Source: Octopus sinensis
Lineage: Eukaryota
Reading direction: 5' to 3'
Length of the DNA stretch: 46,822 nucleotides
Assembly: GCF_006345805.1 (NCBI RefSeq)
Contig: NW_021831657.1
Span: 1 to 46,822 of the forward strand
The position numbers and the translations under genes were made by a program. Shown here piece after piece: positions 13,390 to 24,920 of the stretch (positions within the stretch are counted from its first letter, which is position 1; every line of letters starts with the position of its first letter). The notes beneath the pieces were generated by a model. The model saw only the letters and a list, made by a program, of their open reading frames with translations. It did no database searches and was not told the DNA's origin.

Positions 13390-13659
13390 CTATATATATA
13401 TAATATAATATAACTTGCACTAAGTAGATGTAGCGGTTTTAAATCAAAGTGGACATCTTCCTGTCAAGAGTCCCAGATGAACCTACCTCACGGCAAGAGG
13501 TGCAATGAGAGTTGCTATATCAAACTCCATTCTTCACCAAGTGCCACATATTAGACAAGGTTCGTCGTAATAACAGTGTAGCACAAAACGGCGGTGCATC
13601 AGCATGGCCGCAGCTCTGAGCTGAAACTATATATTATATATATATATATTATATATATG

Positions 13660-13690
<31 letters not shown>

Positions 13691-13724
13691 TATATATATA
13701 TACATCATACATATATAATAATCA

Positions 13725-13781
<57 letters not shown>

Positions 13782-13785
13782 GTAT

Positions 13786-14348
13786 AAGTCTGTTAGCAGC
13801 ATATTGGCATAGAAATAATTTTCTTTAGCCCTTATTTATAAGTTGTTTATAATTTTAACCTTAAAGGTATTTTAATATGCTGCCACATTTTTGATGGAAA
13901 TTTTTTCTTTAAAAAAACTTCACCCTATATTAGTAGTAGGCTTATTACTATTCGCTATAGGGACTGGTAACCACTATAAGCTGTAGTGGAGGTCAGTTCC
14001 CACGTGTGCTGAGGCTGACCAAAGGATTTTATAGTTAGATATATCTGGGGTACTTATGTGTACTCATGATTTTTGCTTCGGTTTTTTTTCCTTGGGCGCA
14101 TGTAAGTATTTCATTTATTTCTATTCGTATTTTCTACTGACGAGGAAAAAATCTATTATGAGATTAATTCCGAAATTGATTCAATACAGAAATAACGAAT
14201 TTGAAAAAAATATATCGGCCAGCTTCCCTCGATTTCAGCTCTTCGTGTTTTTCTGTAGCGAGTAAATAATATGTGGAAATTGACGATTTAAAAGTCTGTT
14301 AACAGCATATTGGCATAGAAATAATTTTCTTTAGCCCTTAATTATAAG

Positions 14349-14350
<2 letters not shown>
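13786..14350 (+). mobile_element. Retrozyme-like unit, 506 bp period, 59 bp terminal direct repeats, between (TA)n tracts
   Basis: AAGTCTGTTA..TTTAGCCCTTA.TTATAAGTT at 13786 and 14292; internal HHR; diverged paralog of 39421-40683. Confidence 0.75.
14131..14192 (+). ncRNA. Type I hammerhead ribozyme
   Basis: UUUCUA / CUGACGA / GGAA-AA-AAUCU-AUUAUG-AGAUU-AA-UUCC / GAA / AUUGAUUCAAU / A / CAGAAA; cleavage after 14186; first stem I pair mismatched. Confidence 0.8.
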
Positions 14351-14418
<68 letters not shown>

Positions 14419-14437
14419 AACATATATTTGTTGCATT

Positions 14438-14468
<31 letters not shown>

Positions 14469-14481
14469 TGGTGTAGTTCAA

Positions 14482-15024
14482 TTCGTGCACCACCGAATTT
14501 TCAAGTATTTTTGTTTGTCCAATTTCTTTCATGTGGTTGGAAATTGTCATATATGTTACGTCTATTCAGAAGCAAGCTCTCGAACAGTTGTGCGTGGATT
14601 GGCTTCTACTAGGCTCTTAGTTGATCGTTGTCAACATACGATGGCCGACCACTACGCTTATCATCTTCAAGGCTCTCGTCACCGCTACGAATTTTCTTGA
14701 ACCACCATTGTGTTGTACATTCATTAGTGGTTCCTGGGCCAAATGCATCGTTGATATCGCGAGCTGTTTCAGCTGCTTTTCAGCCTATCTTGAACTGGAA
14801 TAAGAAAATTGTGCGAATTTACTTTTTGTTCATGTCGTATTCAACGTTCCGGAAAAAATGGCCTAATTATTCAAAAAGAAAAAGAGTGATCCGATTTGAT
14901 AGAGCAAACCACGGGCTTTAAAAGGATATATAAAGTCAAAGTAATTTACCGAAAATTAATTTGAAAATACATCGTGTAAAACCAAAATTTGTAATTCCGC
15001 AAGAACTTTCTTGACAACCTAATA
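14482..15024 (-). mobile_element. Mariner 5' half: TIR plus transposase N-terminal HTH (Hsmar1-like), pseudogenised
   Basis: Minus strand starts TATTAGGTTG (mariner TIR-like); ATG at 14833; KAAETARDINDAFGPGTTNECTTQWWFKKIRSGDESLEDDKRSGRPSYVDNDQLRA with stops. Confidence 0.9.
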
Positions 15025-15224
15025 TGTGCGTATGTATGTAATCATCTACGAATGTATGTATGCATATTATATATCTGTATGCAAGTAAGTGTTTTCGTTT
15101 TTCTACAACTCCCACCTCTGGAGGTAACAGTAACCCTGAGATATTTTCAGTTCTATCTTAGAATTTAACACTTAAAATTCAACGCTAAAGTCTTTCCCTA
15201 ACGAATGTATTGCATTGTCAAATG

Positions 15225-15480
15225 AATTAGCTCGATTTCTTTTTTGTTTTGTCTCATTTATTTTGATCTTTCCAATGTTATTTGAATTAACACGAAAAAT
15301 AATTCTTTTTATTTTAGATTTTTATGCTATTTTGTGGCTGTATTCTTCATCTGCAACTTTTGTTCGTCGTTTTCGAAATTTGAATAAATCTTTACCTTTC
15401 TTTTCAGACATAAGACGATGGAGTGCCAAGCAGAGAGAAAAAAATCAACGAATTCACCTGACAACCCATTATATACTGCA
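15225..15480. repeat. Unclassified dispersed repeat, related to 4760-5005
   Basis: Shared segments as listed for 4760-5005. Confidence 0.55.
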
Positions 15481-16046
15481 AAAGAATTCTGTATTACAGC
15501 TGCGCAGATTTATACTTCACCGCCATTTTGTTTTTACATCTGTAGAATCGACATGTTGAGCACGTATTTAATCGCTATATTTATTTATTTACTTATTGAG
15601 TCCCCTTAAAAGAGAAGCGATTTAAACTTGCAAATGCCGAATTTAATAGATTTCACATTAATACTATACTACACAACAGCAATGAGGTTTTCTGATTCTA
15701 ACTTATATTTTTACCTTATTATAGCAAACACGCGCACACAGCGATGTATGTGTACGTGTACGCGCGCGTTTGTGTGTTGTATCGGTGGCGTTTCCTCTCT
15801 GAATACAAGGTATGCAATGCATGATCCAGCTATATAAATGAAAGAAAAAGATTACACTTAATATGTTTTTAATGTAAGTCTTTCATTTTTTATGAAACTT
15901 TTATATTAACGTATGTACATGCTGGTTTGTTCCCAACTTCAATTATGTAGTTTTGATTTGCAAAATTGCATGCTGGTCCTTATCTATCAGAAGCGGCAAT
16001 ATACTCACACACGCGCACACACATACCAACACACACATACACAAAG

Positions 16047-16114
<68 letters not shown>

Positions 16115-16148
16115 GCTTAAATATAAATATATAGAAAGACAGATATGA

Positions 16149-16198
<50 letters not shown>

Positions 16199-16370
16199 GT
16201 GTGTGTACACATGTGTGTATGTGTGTGCGCTTACGTGCAGATGCATGGATAATTAGATACGAAGTAACACTCACGATCGTGAGGATCTGGTTTCGATTCA
16301 TGGAGGGTCAAGTTTGGGAACAAAAAATGACAGAGGAGACATACAAGGAAACCGAAAGTGTGTGTGTGTG

Positions 16371-17368
16371 TAGTAGTAGTAGTAGTAGTAGTAGTAATGA
16401 TGGTGGTGGTGGTGCTGGCTGCTGCTGCTAGTGATGGTGGTGTGGTGGTGGTGGTGGTGGTAGGTAGATAGGTAGGTAGGTAGGTAGGTAGATAGGTAGG
16501 TATGTAGGTAGGTAGGTAGGTAGGTAGGTAGGTAGGTAGGTAGGTAGGTAGGTAGGTGGATAGATAGGTAGGTAGGTAGGTAGGTAGGTAGGTAGGTAGG
16601 TAGGTAGGTAGGTAGGTGGATAGATAGGTAGGTAGATAGGTAGGTAGATAGGTAGGTAGGTAGGTGGATAGATAGGTAGGTAGGTAGGTAGGTAGGTAGG
16701 TAGATAGGTAGGTAGGTAGGTAGGTAGGTAGGTAGTAGGTAGGTGGGTAGGTATGTAGGTAGTAGGTAGGTAGGTAGATAGGTGGTAGGTAGGTAGGTGA
16801 TAGATAGTAGGTATAGGTAGGTATGTAGGTAGTAGGTAGGTAGGTAGGTAGTAGGTAGGTAGTAGGTAGGTATGTAGGTAGGTAGGTAGGTAGGTAGGTA
16901 GGTAGGTAGGTAGGTAGTGGATAGATAGGTAGGTAGGTAGGAGGTAGGTAGGTAGGTAGGTAGGGGGTAGGTAGGTGGATAGATAGTAGGTAGATAGTAG
17001 GTAGGTAGGTAGGTTGGTAGGTAGGTAGGTAGTAGGTAGGTAGGTAGATAGGTAGGGTAGGTAGGTAGGTGATAGATAGTAGGTAGATAGGTATGTAGGT
17101 ATGTAGGTAGGTAGGTAGGTAGGTAGTAGGTAGGTAGGTAGATAGGTAGGTATGTATGTAGGTAGTAGGTAGGTAGTAGTAGGTAGGTAGTAGGTAGGTA
17201 GTAGGTAGGTGGAAGATAGGTAGGTAGGTAGGTAGGTAGGTAGGTAGGTAGGTAGGGTGGTAGGTAGGTGGATAGATAGGTAGGTAGATAGGTAGGTAGG
17301 TAGGTAGGTAGGTAGGTAGGTAGGTAGGTAGGTAGGTAGGTATGTAGGTAGGTAGGTAGGTAGGTAGT
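16371..17368. repeat. ~1 kb compound repeat: (TAG)n(GGT)n then degenerate (GGTA)n/(GATA)n
   Basis: Read directly; source of the spurious 341 and 425 aa ORFs. Confidence 0.97.
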
Positions 17369-17714
17369 AGGACACGAGAAACGACGGAAAGAAACCCAAA
17401 CTCCAAGGAATAGTGAACCAAAAGATTAACTGAAAGACGACAAAACAGAGCACCGGAAGAAAGTTCGAAGAATTGCAAGAACGAGGTCAGTACTCCGATT
17501 ATATACATATGTGCGCGTGTGTGTGTGTGTATAATCGTCAGATTATATAAACATTACGTTTTGTCTCTAAGGTTTTATGAACGTTTCTTTCTAATAAAGA
17601 ATTCTTTTATATTTTAACTATGTATAAAAAATATATATATATCAGTGTATTTATACGCTTATGTATATATATGCATACATGCATATACTATGCACATATG
17701 CATATTTATATATA

Positions 17715-17772
<58 letters not shown>

Positions 17773-18600
17773 AAGAGAGGTAAATATAGATATATTTATG
17801 TATATATATATAACATAGATATGTATATATACATATATATATATGTATACATACATGTATATACATATGTAAATGTGTGTGTGTATGTGTGAGAGAAAGA
17901 GCGTGTAGGCATGTAGGTATATTTGTATGTACGGTAAGTGAGAATATATAAATATTCATACATAAGTACAAACACAAAAATATACGTATATATGTGTATA
18001 CATATTATATACATATATATATAATACACACGTGTTTGTATGTGCGTGTGTGTGTATGTGTGTGTGTGCGTGACTGTGTGTTTACGTTTGTGCGTGTGTG
18101 TTTTAGTGTGTGTTTGTTTGTGTCTGTAAACTTGGCACTTACGCAATTATTTTTAACTTACAACTGCAAGAAAATATTACATGAAATATATTATCTTAAT
18201 GTAAATTTTAGACATCTTGAATATATAACGAAAATTATTTTAATTTCTATTATTTCTGTCTGTACAGAAATAATATTCTGTACAGACAGAATATAAAATA
18301 TCTGCGTCAAGGAATTTATTTCCAATTTCTTTGCAATAATCTCTTTGACTTTGAAGAATTTCAAAAATCAAGAATAGTTTCTTGTAAAACCTGGCTAATT
18401 TTTTTTCTTTTTCTTTCGTTGATATTTAGTTCCAACCAATTTATAGATATCCTTTAAAAAATTTACGTAAGTTTTACTGTTTCATTGTCCTCCGTATTTT
18501 GTGTGTGTGAGAGAGAGAGGAAAAGAGAGAGAGAGAGAGAAAGAGGTGCTTGTGTAGTGCTTGTGTTTATGTATGCATATCATATACGTGTGTGTGTGTG

Positions 18601-18725
18601 TGTGGAGGTACGTGACTTAGTGATTAAGGATTGGACTCATGATAGTAAGATTGTGATTTCGATTCCTGGACCGGTCGACGCGTTATGTTCTTGAGCAAAA
18701 CACTTCATTTCACGTTGCTCCAGGC
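18601..18725 (+). mobile_element. Truncated tRNA-derived SINE head, family S4 (CTTGAGCAA..CACTT core)
   Basis: Similar heads at 33995 and 35063. Confidence 0.7.
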
Positions 18726-18797
18726 AGAAATGACTAACAATAGAACAAACCTACACACACCAAATACAAATAGGCTGTACATATATACACTAAAACA

Positions 18798-19190
18798 GTG
18801 GAGGCGCAAAGGCCCAGTGGTTAGGGCAGCGGACTCGCGGTCATAGGATCGCGGTTTCGATTCCCAGACCGGGCATTGTGAGTGTTTATTGAGCGAAAAC
18901 ACCTAAAAAACTCCACGAAGATCCGTCAGGGGATGATGGTTATCCCTGCTGTACTCTTTCACCACAACTTTCTCTCACTCTTACTTCCTGTTTCTGTTGT
19001 ACCTGTATTTCAAGGGGCCGGCCTTGTCACTCTCTGTGTCACGCTGAATATCCCCGAGAACTGCGTTAAGGGTACACGTGTCTGTGGAGTGCTCAACCAC
19101 TTACACGTTAATTTCACGAGCCGGCTGTTCCGTTGATTCGGATCAACCGGAACCCTCATCGTCGTAACCGACGGAGTGCTTCCATCCCAC
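18798..19190 (+). mobile_element. SINE family S2, full length
   Basis: Near-identical to 2141-2515. Confidence 0.9.
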
Positions 19191-19328
19191 ACTAAAACAA
19201 AAATAATATAACTAACACATGCGTCCTAAATGACACACGCACGCAAACACATGAGCACGTGCACTTGTATACACGAATTTACCAGCGGTTAGACAATGTG
19301 TATTCGTAACTTATAATGCACCGGTTCA

Positions 19329-19377
19329 CTTCGAGACACCGCGGCGTTTCGACTTCGTTATGTCTCCTCAGTTGAAG
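19329..19377 (-). ncRNA. Type I hammerhead ribozyme with canonical core
   Basis: CUUCAA / CUGAGGA / GAC-AUAACGAA-GUC / GAA / ACGCCGCGGUGU (self-complementary) / C / UCGAAG. Confidence 0.85.
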
Positions 19378-19423
19378 CTACTCCACGACTATACTGATGA
19401 ATCTCACAAGAACACGCGTTCCC

Positions 19424-19478
19424 TTTTATAGAAATCTACAAACAAATTATTTGGTGATGCTTGCTCATGTCAGCCAAT
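19424..19478 (-). promoter_or_regulatory. Candidate Pol II promoter: CCAAT box (19474-19478) and TATAAAA (19424-19430) upstream of the HHR
   Basis: Motif order and spacing fit a retroelement promoter, but short motifs occur by chance. Confidence 0.4.
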
Positions 19479-20454
19479 CATGAGCACCATTCATGGGGTG
19501 CAACTGAACAGGTATTCAGAACAAATCAGGAATGAATAAATACGATATAGATTGAGTTCTCCCTGTTGTGCGTGCATCCCATCAATCATGGAAATTGAAA
19601 AGCTTTACAATTGTCAAAATTGTTTTTGGCAGTGATGTCACTTTATGCCTTTCGTCGTCGTCGTCATCGTCGTCGTTGTTGTTGTTGTTGGCGGTGCTGG
19701 TGGTGATGGTGTTAAACAGCCTTAAAATACGAGATGTTTTTAATTTTTTTCTTTCTTTTTTTTATTGTTTTAGGTACCCTGAAATACATTTTACAATGTT
19801 CCCTTTTCTTGTTGAGAGAGATTTGTCAGTTGTTTTTAACAAGTGGTATGATTATGTGAGAATACACAGGTTGGCTCAAGTTTATGGTTGTTGATGTTGT
19901 TCCTAATCCTGATTTCTGGATAGTAGAAACCAGTGATTGCTCCCTCGAGGCCATTCTGCAGCGAAATGCAGCCTATTCAGAGAAAGAGAGAGCGTCCTTT
20001 TAATACATTGCACATCGTTCAATATTTGTTTATGACCTGAAATATCTAATAATCTGAGAGACGTTTTTGCCAATGTCCTTTACAATGGTTTTGGAGTGGT
20101 TTGATAGGCAATGGATATAGTTGAGACTTTGGTATGATTTGTAATAAAGATTAATATAGAAGATTATTTATATTTAAAGCAAAGTTCAACTGCCATATTA
20201 AGGTATATGAATAATTTCACTAAAATAATATATTTATCGAGTTTCTAAATCTCTCGTAGAGAGGTGTACGGTGGTGGAGCGATATAATGGTTGTATACTG
20301 TCAATCTAACAAGAACGTGACAGTAGGGGGTACACCACCGTTATATAGCCCTAGGAGGCATCGAACGCCTCCTGACAGCTTCGACACATTTTATCCTGTG
20401 TCCTTATATACACATACGAAGGGGAGACAAACACCCCCAACTGCCGGAACTGCA

Positions 20455-20500
20455 TCTAGGGACACCGTGTTTCAGGATCATTGTCCTTCATCGGCCTAGA
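20455..20500 (-). ncRNA. Type I HHR (U4C variant), mirror copy in left arm
   Basis: Reverse complement of 20563-20608. Confidence 0.7.
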
Positions 20501-20562
20501 GTAGCAGATATATACAGATACGAAGTCGAGACAGACATCGCCAGCTGACCGGTGTCTGCTAC

Positions 20563-20608
20563 TCTAGGCCGATGAAGGACAATGATCCTGAAACACGGTG
20601 TCCCTAGA
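20563..20608 (+). ncRNA. Type I HHR (U4C variant)
   Basis: UCUAGG / CCGAUGA / AGGA-CAAUGA-UCCU / GAA / ACACGGUGU / C / CCUAGA; stem I extends with CUGC/GCAG beyond an internal loop. Confidence 0.7.
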
Positions 20609-21247
20609 TGCAGTTCCGGCAGTTGGGGGTGTTTGTCTCCCCTTCGTATGTGTATATAAGGACACAGGATAAAATGTGTCGAAGCTGTCAGGAGGCGTTC
20701 GATGCCTCCTAGGGCTATATAATGGTGGTGTACCCCCTACTGTCACGTTCTTGTTAGATTGACAGTATACAACCATTATAATATATTTATCGATTCTCTG
20801 AAATGAATAGAGTGCTGAGCACTTCACCATGGAATTTGAACTCGAAACGCAGTGTACTGAAATAATACAGTATAGTGCGTTAACCATCGCTCTAACGAAT
20901 CTGCCAATTGTCCACAGTGCAACAAACTACTAGAGCTGATGACTGTATTGATTAAAAGCGTCACTAGCTATCTCAATAATATTTAAATACCGGCATCTAT
21001 TCAACTACAATATTACAGTTTACATAATTAATCTCGATAACAATTAGCCACTGGTCGAAAAAACACCTAATTGGATTATAATTAGATTACACTTTTTTCA
21101 TTTTAATACGTAATTAAATTCAAACATTTATTTTTCTAAATAGTGAAAATAATTATTTTTAAAAAAATTAAATCCGATATAGCAATTAAAATTTAACTAG
21201 TTACATTTTTATATTTTCTTGTGTTTTGTTTATTTAATGTTATGTCA

Positions 21248-21248
<1 letters not shown>

Positions 21249-21330
<82 letters not shown>

Positions 21331-21367
21331 TCATCATTATTATTATTATTATTATATCAATATTATT

Positions 21368-21398
<31 letters not shown>

Positions 21399-21440
21399 TA
21401 TTATTATTATTATTATTATTAAACTCATCATCATTATCAT
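21249..21440. repeat. (ATT)n microsatellite
   Basis: Read directly. Confidence 0.97.
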
Positions 21441-21855
21441 CATTGTCATTACTAACAACGTTCGCTTTTTGCCAAACTAAATACTGTATACATAAGCATA
21501 TGTGCATGTGTGAACATATACACACACACACACAAATACACATACACACACACCACACACACACACACACACAAACTCATATATATATATATATATATGT
21601 GTGTATATATATATGAAGCATTTGCATGAGTGCTTTTTATGTATGTATATGTATTTGACCAGGGTGTATATGTGTATATTTTATTTCATCTATTTATATT
21701 TTTTCTTTTAATTATATTATATCCTGTTCCAATTTTCATTCATGAATGATATACACGCCTTCTATATCAACCCCACTTGAGCATATATCTAAAACAGAAC
21801 TGGAAGAAAGTTTATAAGCAAACACCAAACAAATTCTAACTCCACAAAACCTCCC

Positions 21856-21921
21856 TATATACCAATCAAGTTTATATGGAACATGTACACACATGTTCCA
21901 TATAAACTTGATTGGTATATA
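21856..21921. repeat. Perfect inverted repeat, 31 bp arms, 4 nt loop
   Basis: TATATACCAATCAAGTTTATATGGAACATGT-ACAC-reverse complement. Confidence 0.95.
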
Positions 21922-21972
21922 CTATATACCTTCTACACACACACACCACACACATGTATGCATATATATATA

Positions 21973-22020
<48 letters not shown>

Positions 22021-22025
22021 TATAT

Positions 22026-22084
22026 ATTCTAACTCCACAAAACCTCCCTATATAGTATATAGGGAGGTTTTGTGGAGTTAGAAT
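22026..22084. repeat. Perfect inverted repeat, 29 bp arms, 1 nt loop
   Basis: ATTCTAACTCCACAAAACCTCCCTATATA-G-reverse complement; arm also present at 21833-21861. Confidence 0.95.
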
Positions 22085-22441
22085 TTGTGGCAAAGTTGCA
22101 TGTGTATGTGTACGTGTATAAATATATATATATATATATACTATATATATACATACATGTGTGTGTGTGTGTGTGTGTATGTGTGTGTTTGTGTGTAGAA
22201 GGTTGAAAAGTGACACACGAGTTGATATGTATAAGGGAAATAAGACAAGGTAGAAAATGCTAAAATAATTATACTATGAAATATATTTTGCAACGATTAG
22301 TACCGGTTTCTGACTTTTCGATTTTTAACTAAGAGTAATACAAAGGTGGATATTAATTGAGAAGAAAAGCAATTAAATTGAAGAAAAAATTAAATGAAAT
22401 GTTTTGTAAATATTTCCATAGTTTTTAAAGAGGTAGGACAG

Positions 22442-22500
<59 letters not shown>

Positions 22501-22597
22501 TCTTTTGTGAAGGCTCGTAAGGTAGGTAGTAGCAGATCTGACAAATTTTGTTTTATGGGTGCAGAGATATATTTGGTTGAAGTTTGATAGTTTAAGT

Positions 22598-22630
<33 letters not shown>

Positions 22631-22778
22631 AGAAGAAGAAGAAGAAGGAAGAGGAGGAGGAGGAAAAGAAGAAGAAGAAGAAGAAGAAGAAGGAGAAGAA
22701 GAAGAAGAAGAAGAAGAAGAAGAAGGAGAAGCAGAAGAAGAAGAAGAAGGAGAAGCAGAAGAAGAAGAAGAAGAAGAA
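22598..22778. repeat. (AGC)n(AGA/AGG)n trinucleotide repeat
   Basis: Read directly. Confidence 0.95.
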
Positions 22779-22989
22779 TAAGGGCGTGGTATTACCCAGT
22801 AGTAGAGACTGTCTATTTTAGTGGTTAAGTGGCTTCAAAGTGAACTGTTGTGGTTGTAGCATCAGTAGTAGTAGTAGTAGTAGGAATTATTCTAAACAAA
22901 TTCATGGGTAGCGACTGTTCTCAATATATCTATCGTTTTTAATATTTGCATGGGTATTATTCTAAGATCCTTGTAGTAGTTGTCGTCTG

Positions 22990-24650
22990 TGGTTGAAGTA
23001 TTCAAGAGAGGTTTATATTTTGCGATAAAATATGATTCGTTGCTAATGCATCGATTATAGGTTGCATTGTCCCTAAATTTATAGAGGCGAAAAATGCTAA
23101 AGTTGAGTTGTTCATTAGTGGCGCAAATGTCGCGTGTTCATTTAATGCTATTTTTCTGTATTCCTGTATTTCAATATAGGATGTACGGTCATCCTCTAGC
23201 GTAGACTATTTTTAGTTTGGCCTATGTATTTCTTTCGACACCCTGAGCAAGTTAACACATATATCAGGTTTTTCGAAGCGCATATGAAGTTTTATTTCCA
23301 TCGTAAATTGAATGTTTATGTCAAGTCCATTTGTAAGTGCTTGAAATTCTTTAAGTCTCTCTATACTTTCATGCCAAAGAATGAAGCAGACATCTAGATA
23401 TAAGTTCCAGTTATTTTCTATGCAAAGGGAGAACGGGTTTCCGTATTTCTCTAGTACCTTACGATAAAGAGTGATTTCTTGGTACCCCATGATTTGGTTA
23501 GCAATGGAGGAGCCATTCTCGTACCCATCGCAGTCCGCGATTTTTATCGATAGAAGTTGTCAGTGAATGCGAAGAAGTTATTCTCCAAGATAAATTTTAG
23601 CCCTTCTATTACGAATTCTTTCTTGATGCGCTGTGGGAGTTCATTGGAGTAATTCTCTAGCCAGAAAGGGATTGCTTCTATTCCTAGATTGTGGGGGATA
23701 TTAGAATAGAGGTTGACTACATCGAAAGATACTAGTAGGGTTTTTTACTAATTGTTTCGGGGAAGTGGTTGAGTATATCTAGGTCTCCTTTATGTCGCTT
23801 TTGATATGTTTGGGGAATGGTTTTAAGAGGGTGTCTAAAATGTTGCTGAGGCGGTAAGTTTTGCATGCGGGGCCTGTTATTATAGGTCTTAATTTGAGGT
23901 CATTAGGCGGAGGTACCTTGACTATTATATCTGTGGCTTCCCTGCATGTGTTACTTATTTTTTCACTTTTGTGTATCCTGGGAATACTATAAACTTGATC
24001 GAATTTACTTTTGAAGTTAGTAATATAATCGCATGCCTTGCCGGTTAGTCCTTCTCTGTATAGGTTTTAGGCTTCGCATTATTTTCTGCTGGGGCCTTTT
24101 CATAGTATGCTGCTGGGCATTTTCATAGTATGCTGTGTCTTCTAATATGGATAGCACTTGAGTCATATAGTATTCTGTGTCCATTAAGACTATTGCGCTC
24201 TCTTTATCATCCGCTTTGATTGTTATTGTTTTATCCTTCTTTCATCTGTTCAGCTCAACCCATTCTTTCTTGCTGAAGTTTGGCTTGTACTTTTGTCTGT
24301 GTATGTGTTGATATGGGTAATTCGTGATGTGTTCATAGAAATGGTCAAGCAAGAATTTTGTTCTTACCTTTTGATGGGGTGTAGTTACTTTTATTTCTGG
24401 CTAACGACTCGTCCTTGTTGTATTTGTCCGATAGTTCCTCGGCGAGTCGTAATTTTCTACAGAATTCTGCAACATCTTCTTTCATTTCGTTGTAGTTTGG
24501 AGGTTGGGGAGTGGGTGTAAATTTGAGCCCTTTGGAACGTATGAGGATTTGGTCTGGTGTTAGTTCTTTGTATGTTAGATGGACGACTGTTATCTCTTTT
24601 GGTTTCTGACTGCTATCACTTTTTGTATCTCTGGTGCTGTCTCGTATCCA
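22990..24650 (-). mobile_element. Penelope-like element (RT plus GIY-YIG), decayed and internally deleted
   Basis: SKGLKFTPTP (~24510-24538), ITIKADDKESAIVLMD, LVSFDVVNLYSNIP (~23695-23735), AMGT (~23525), LYLDVCFILW, then FICASKNLIYVLTCSGCRKKYIGQT (~23212-23290). Confidence 0.92.
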
Positions 24651-24886
24651 TGTGTCTGTGTACAGCGTCTAAAAAATGATTGAGGTGGTTGCGACGGTAT
24701 TGCTATCTAGCTGTCCCCTGTTGTTCTGTAGTTCGCTGACTTTTCTTCTTTTTTCCTCTTCTCCTTCTTCTTCCTCTTCTTCTCCTTCGTCTTCTTTTTC
24801 GTCTTCTTTTTCTTCTTCCTCTTCTTCTTCACCTCTTTTTTCTTCGACTTTGTATGTGTGTGTGTGTATGTGTACGTCTGTGTGTG

Positions 24887-24920
<34 letters not shown>

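Larger units (their letters stand above)
19280..20240 (-). mobile_element. Decayed Penelope-like element: RT thumb fragment and 3' pLTR-like region
   Basis: KSYQSLNYIHCLSNHSKTIVKDIGKNVSQII (~20050-20145) resembles the PLE thumb SNH motif; downstream CCAAT, TATA and HHR. Confidence 0.6.
20283..20780. repeat. Foldback inverted repeat: 226 bp arms (20283-20508, 20555-20780), 46 bp spacer
   Basis: Arms are reverse complements with one mismatch found; 16 bp direct repeat ATAATATATTTATCGA at 20225-20240 and 20778-20793. Confidence 0.95.

Noticed and set aside
16231-17508. 425 aa and 341 aa ORFs (LPTY repeats)
   Set aside because: Stop-free translation of the (TACC)n strand of a microsatellite.
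19395-19425. Plus-strand CUGAUGA antisense-adjacent to the 19329 HHR
   Set aside because: No stem II pairing and GAAC instead of GAAA.
22297-22332. Minus-strand UUAG..GAAA-CCGG-UA-CUAA motif
   Set aside because: Core reads UUAAAAA (three changes) and stem II is broken; counted only as a decayed remnant.
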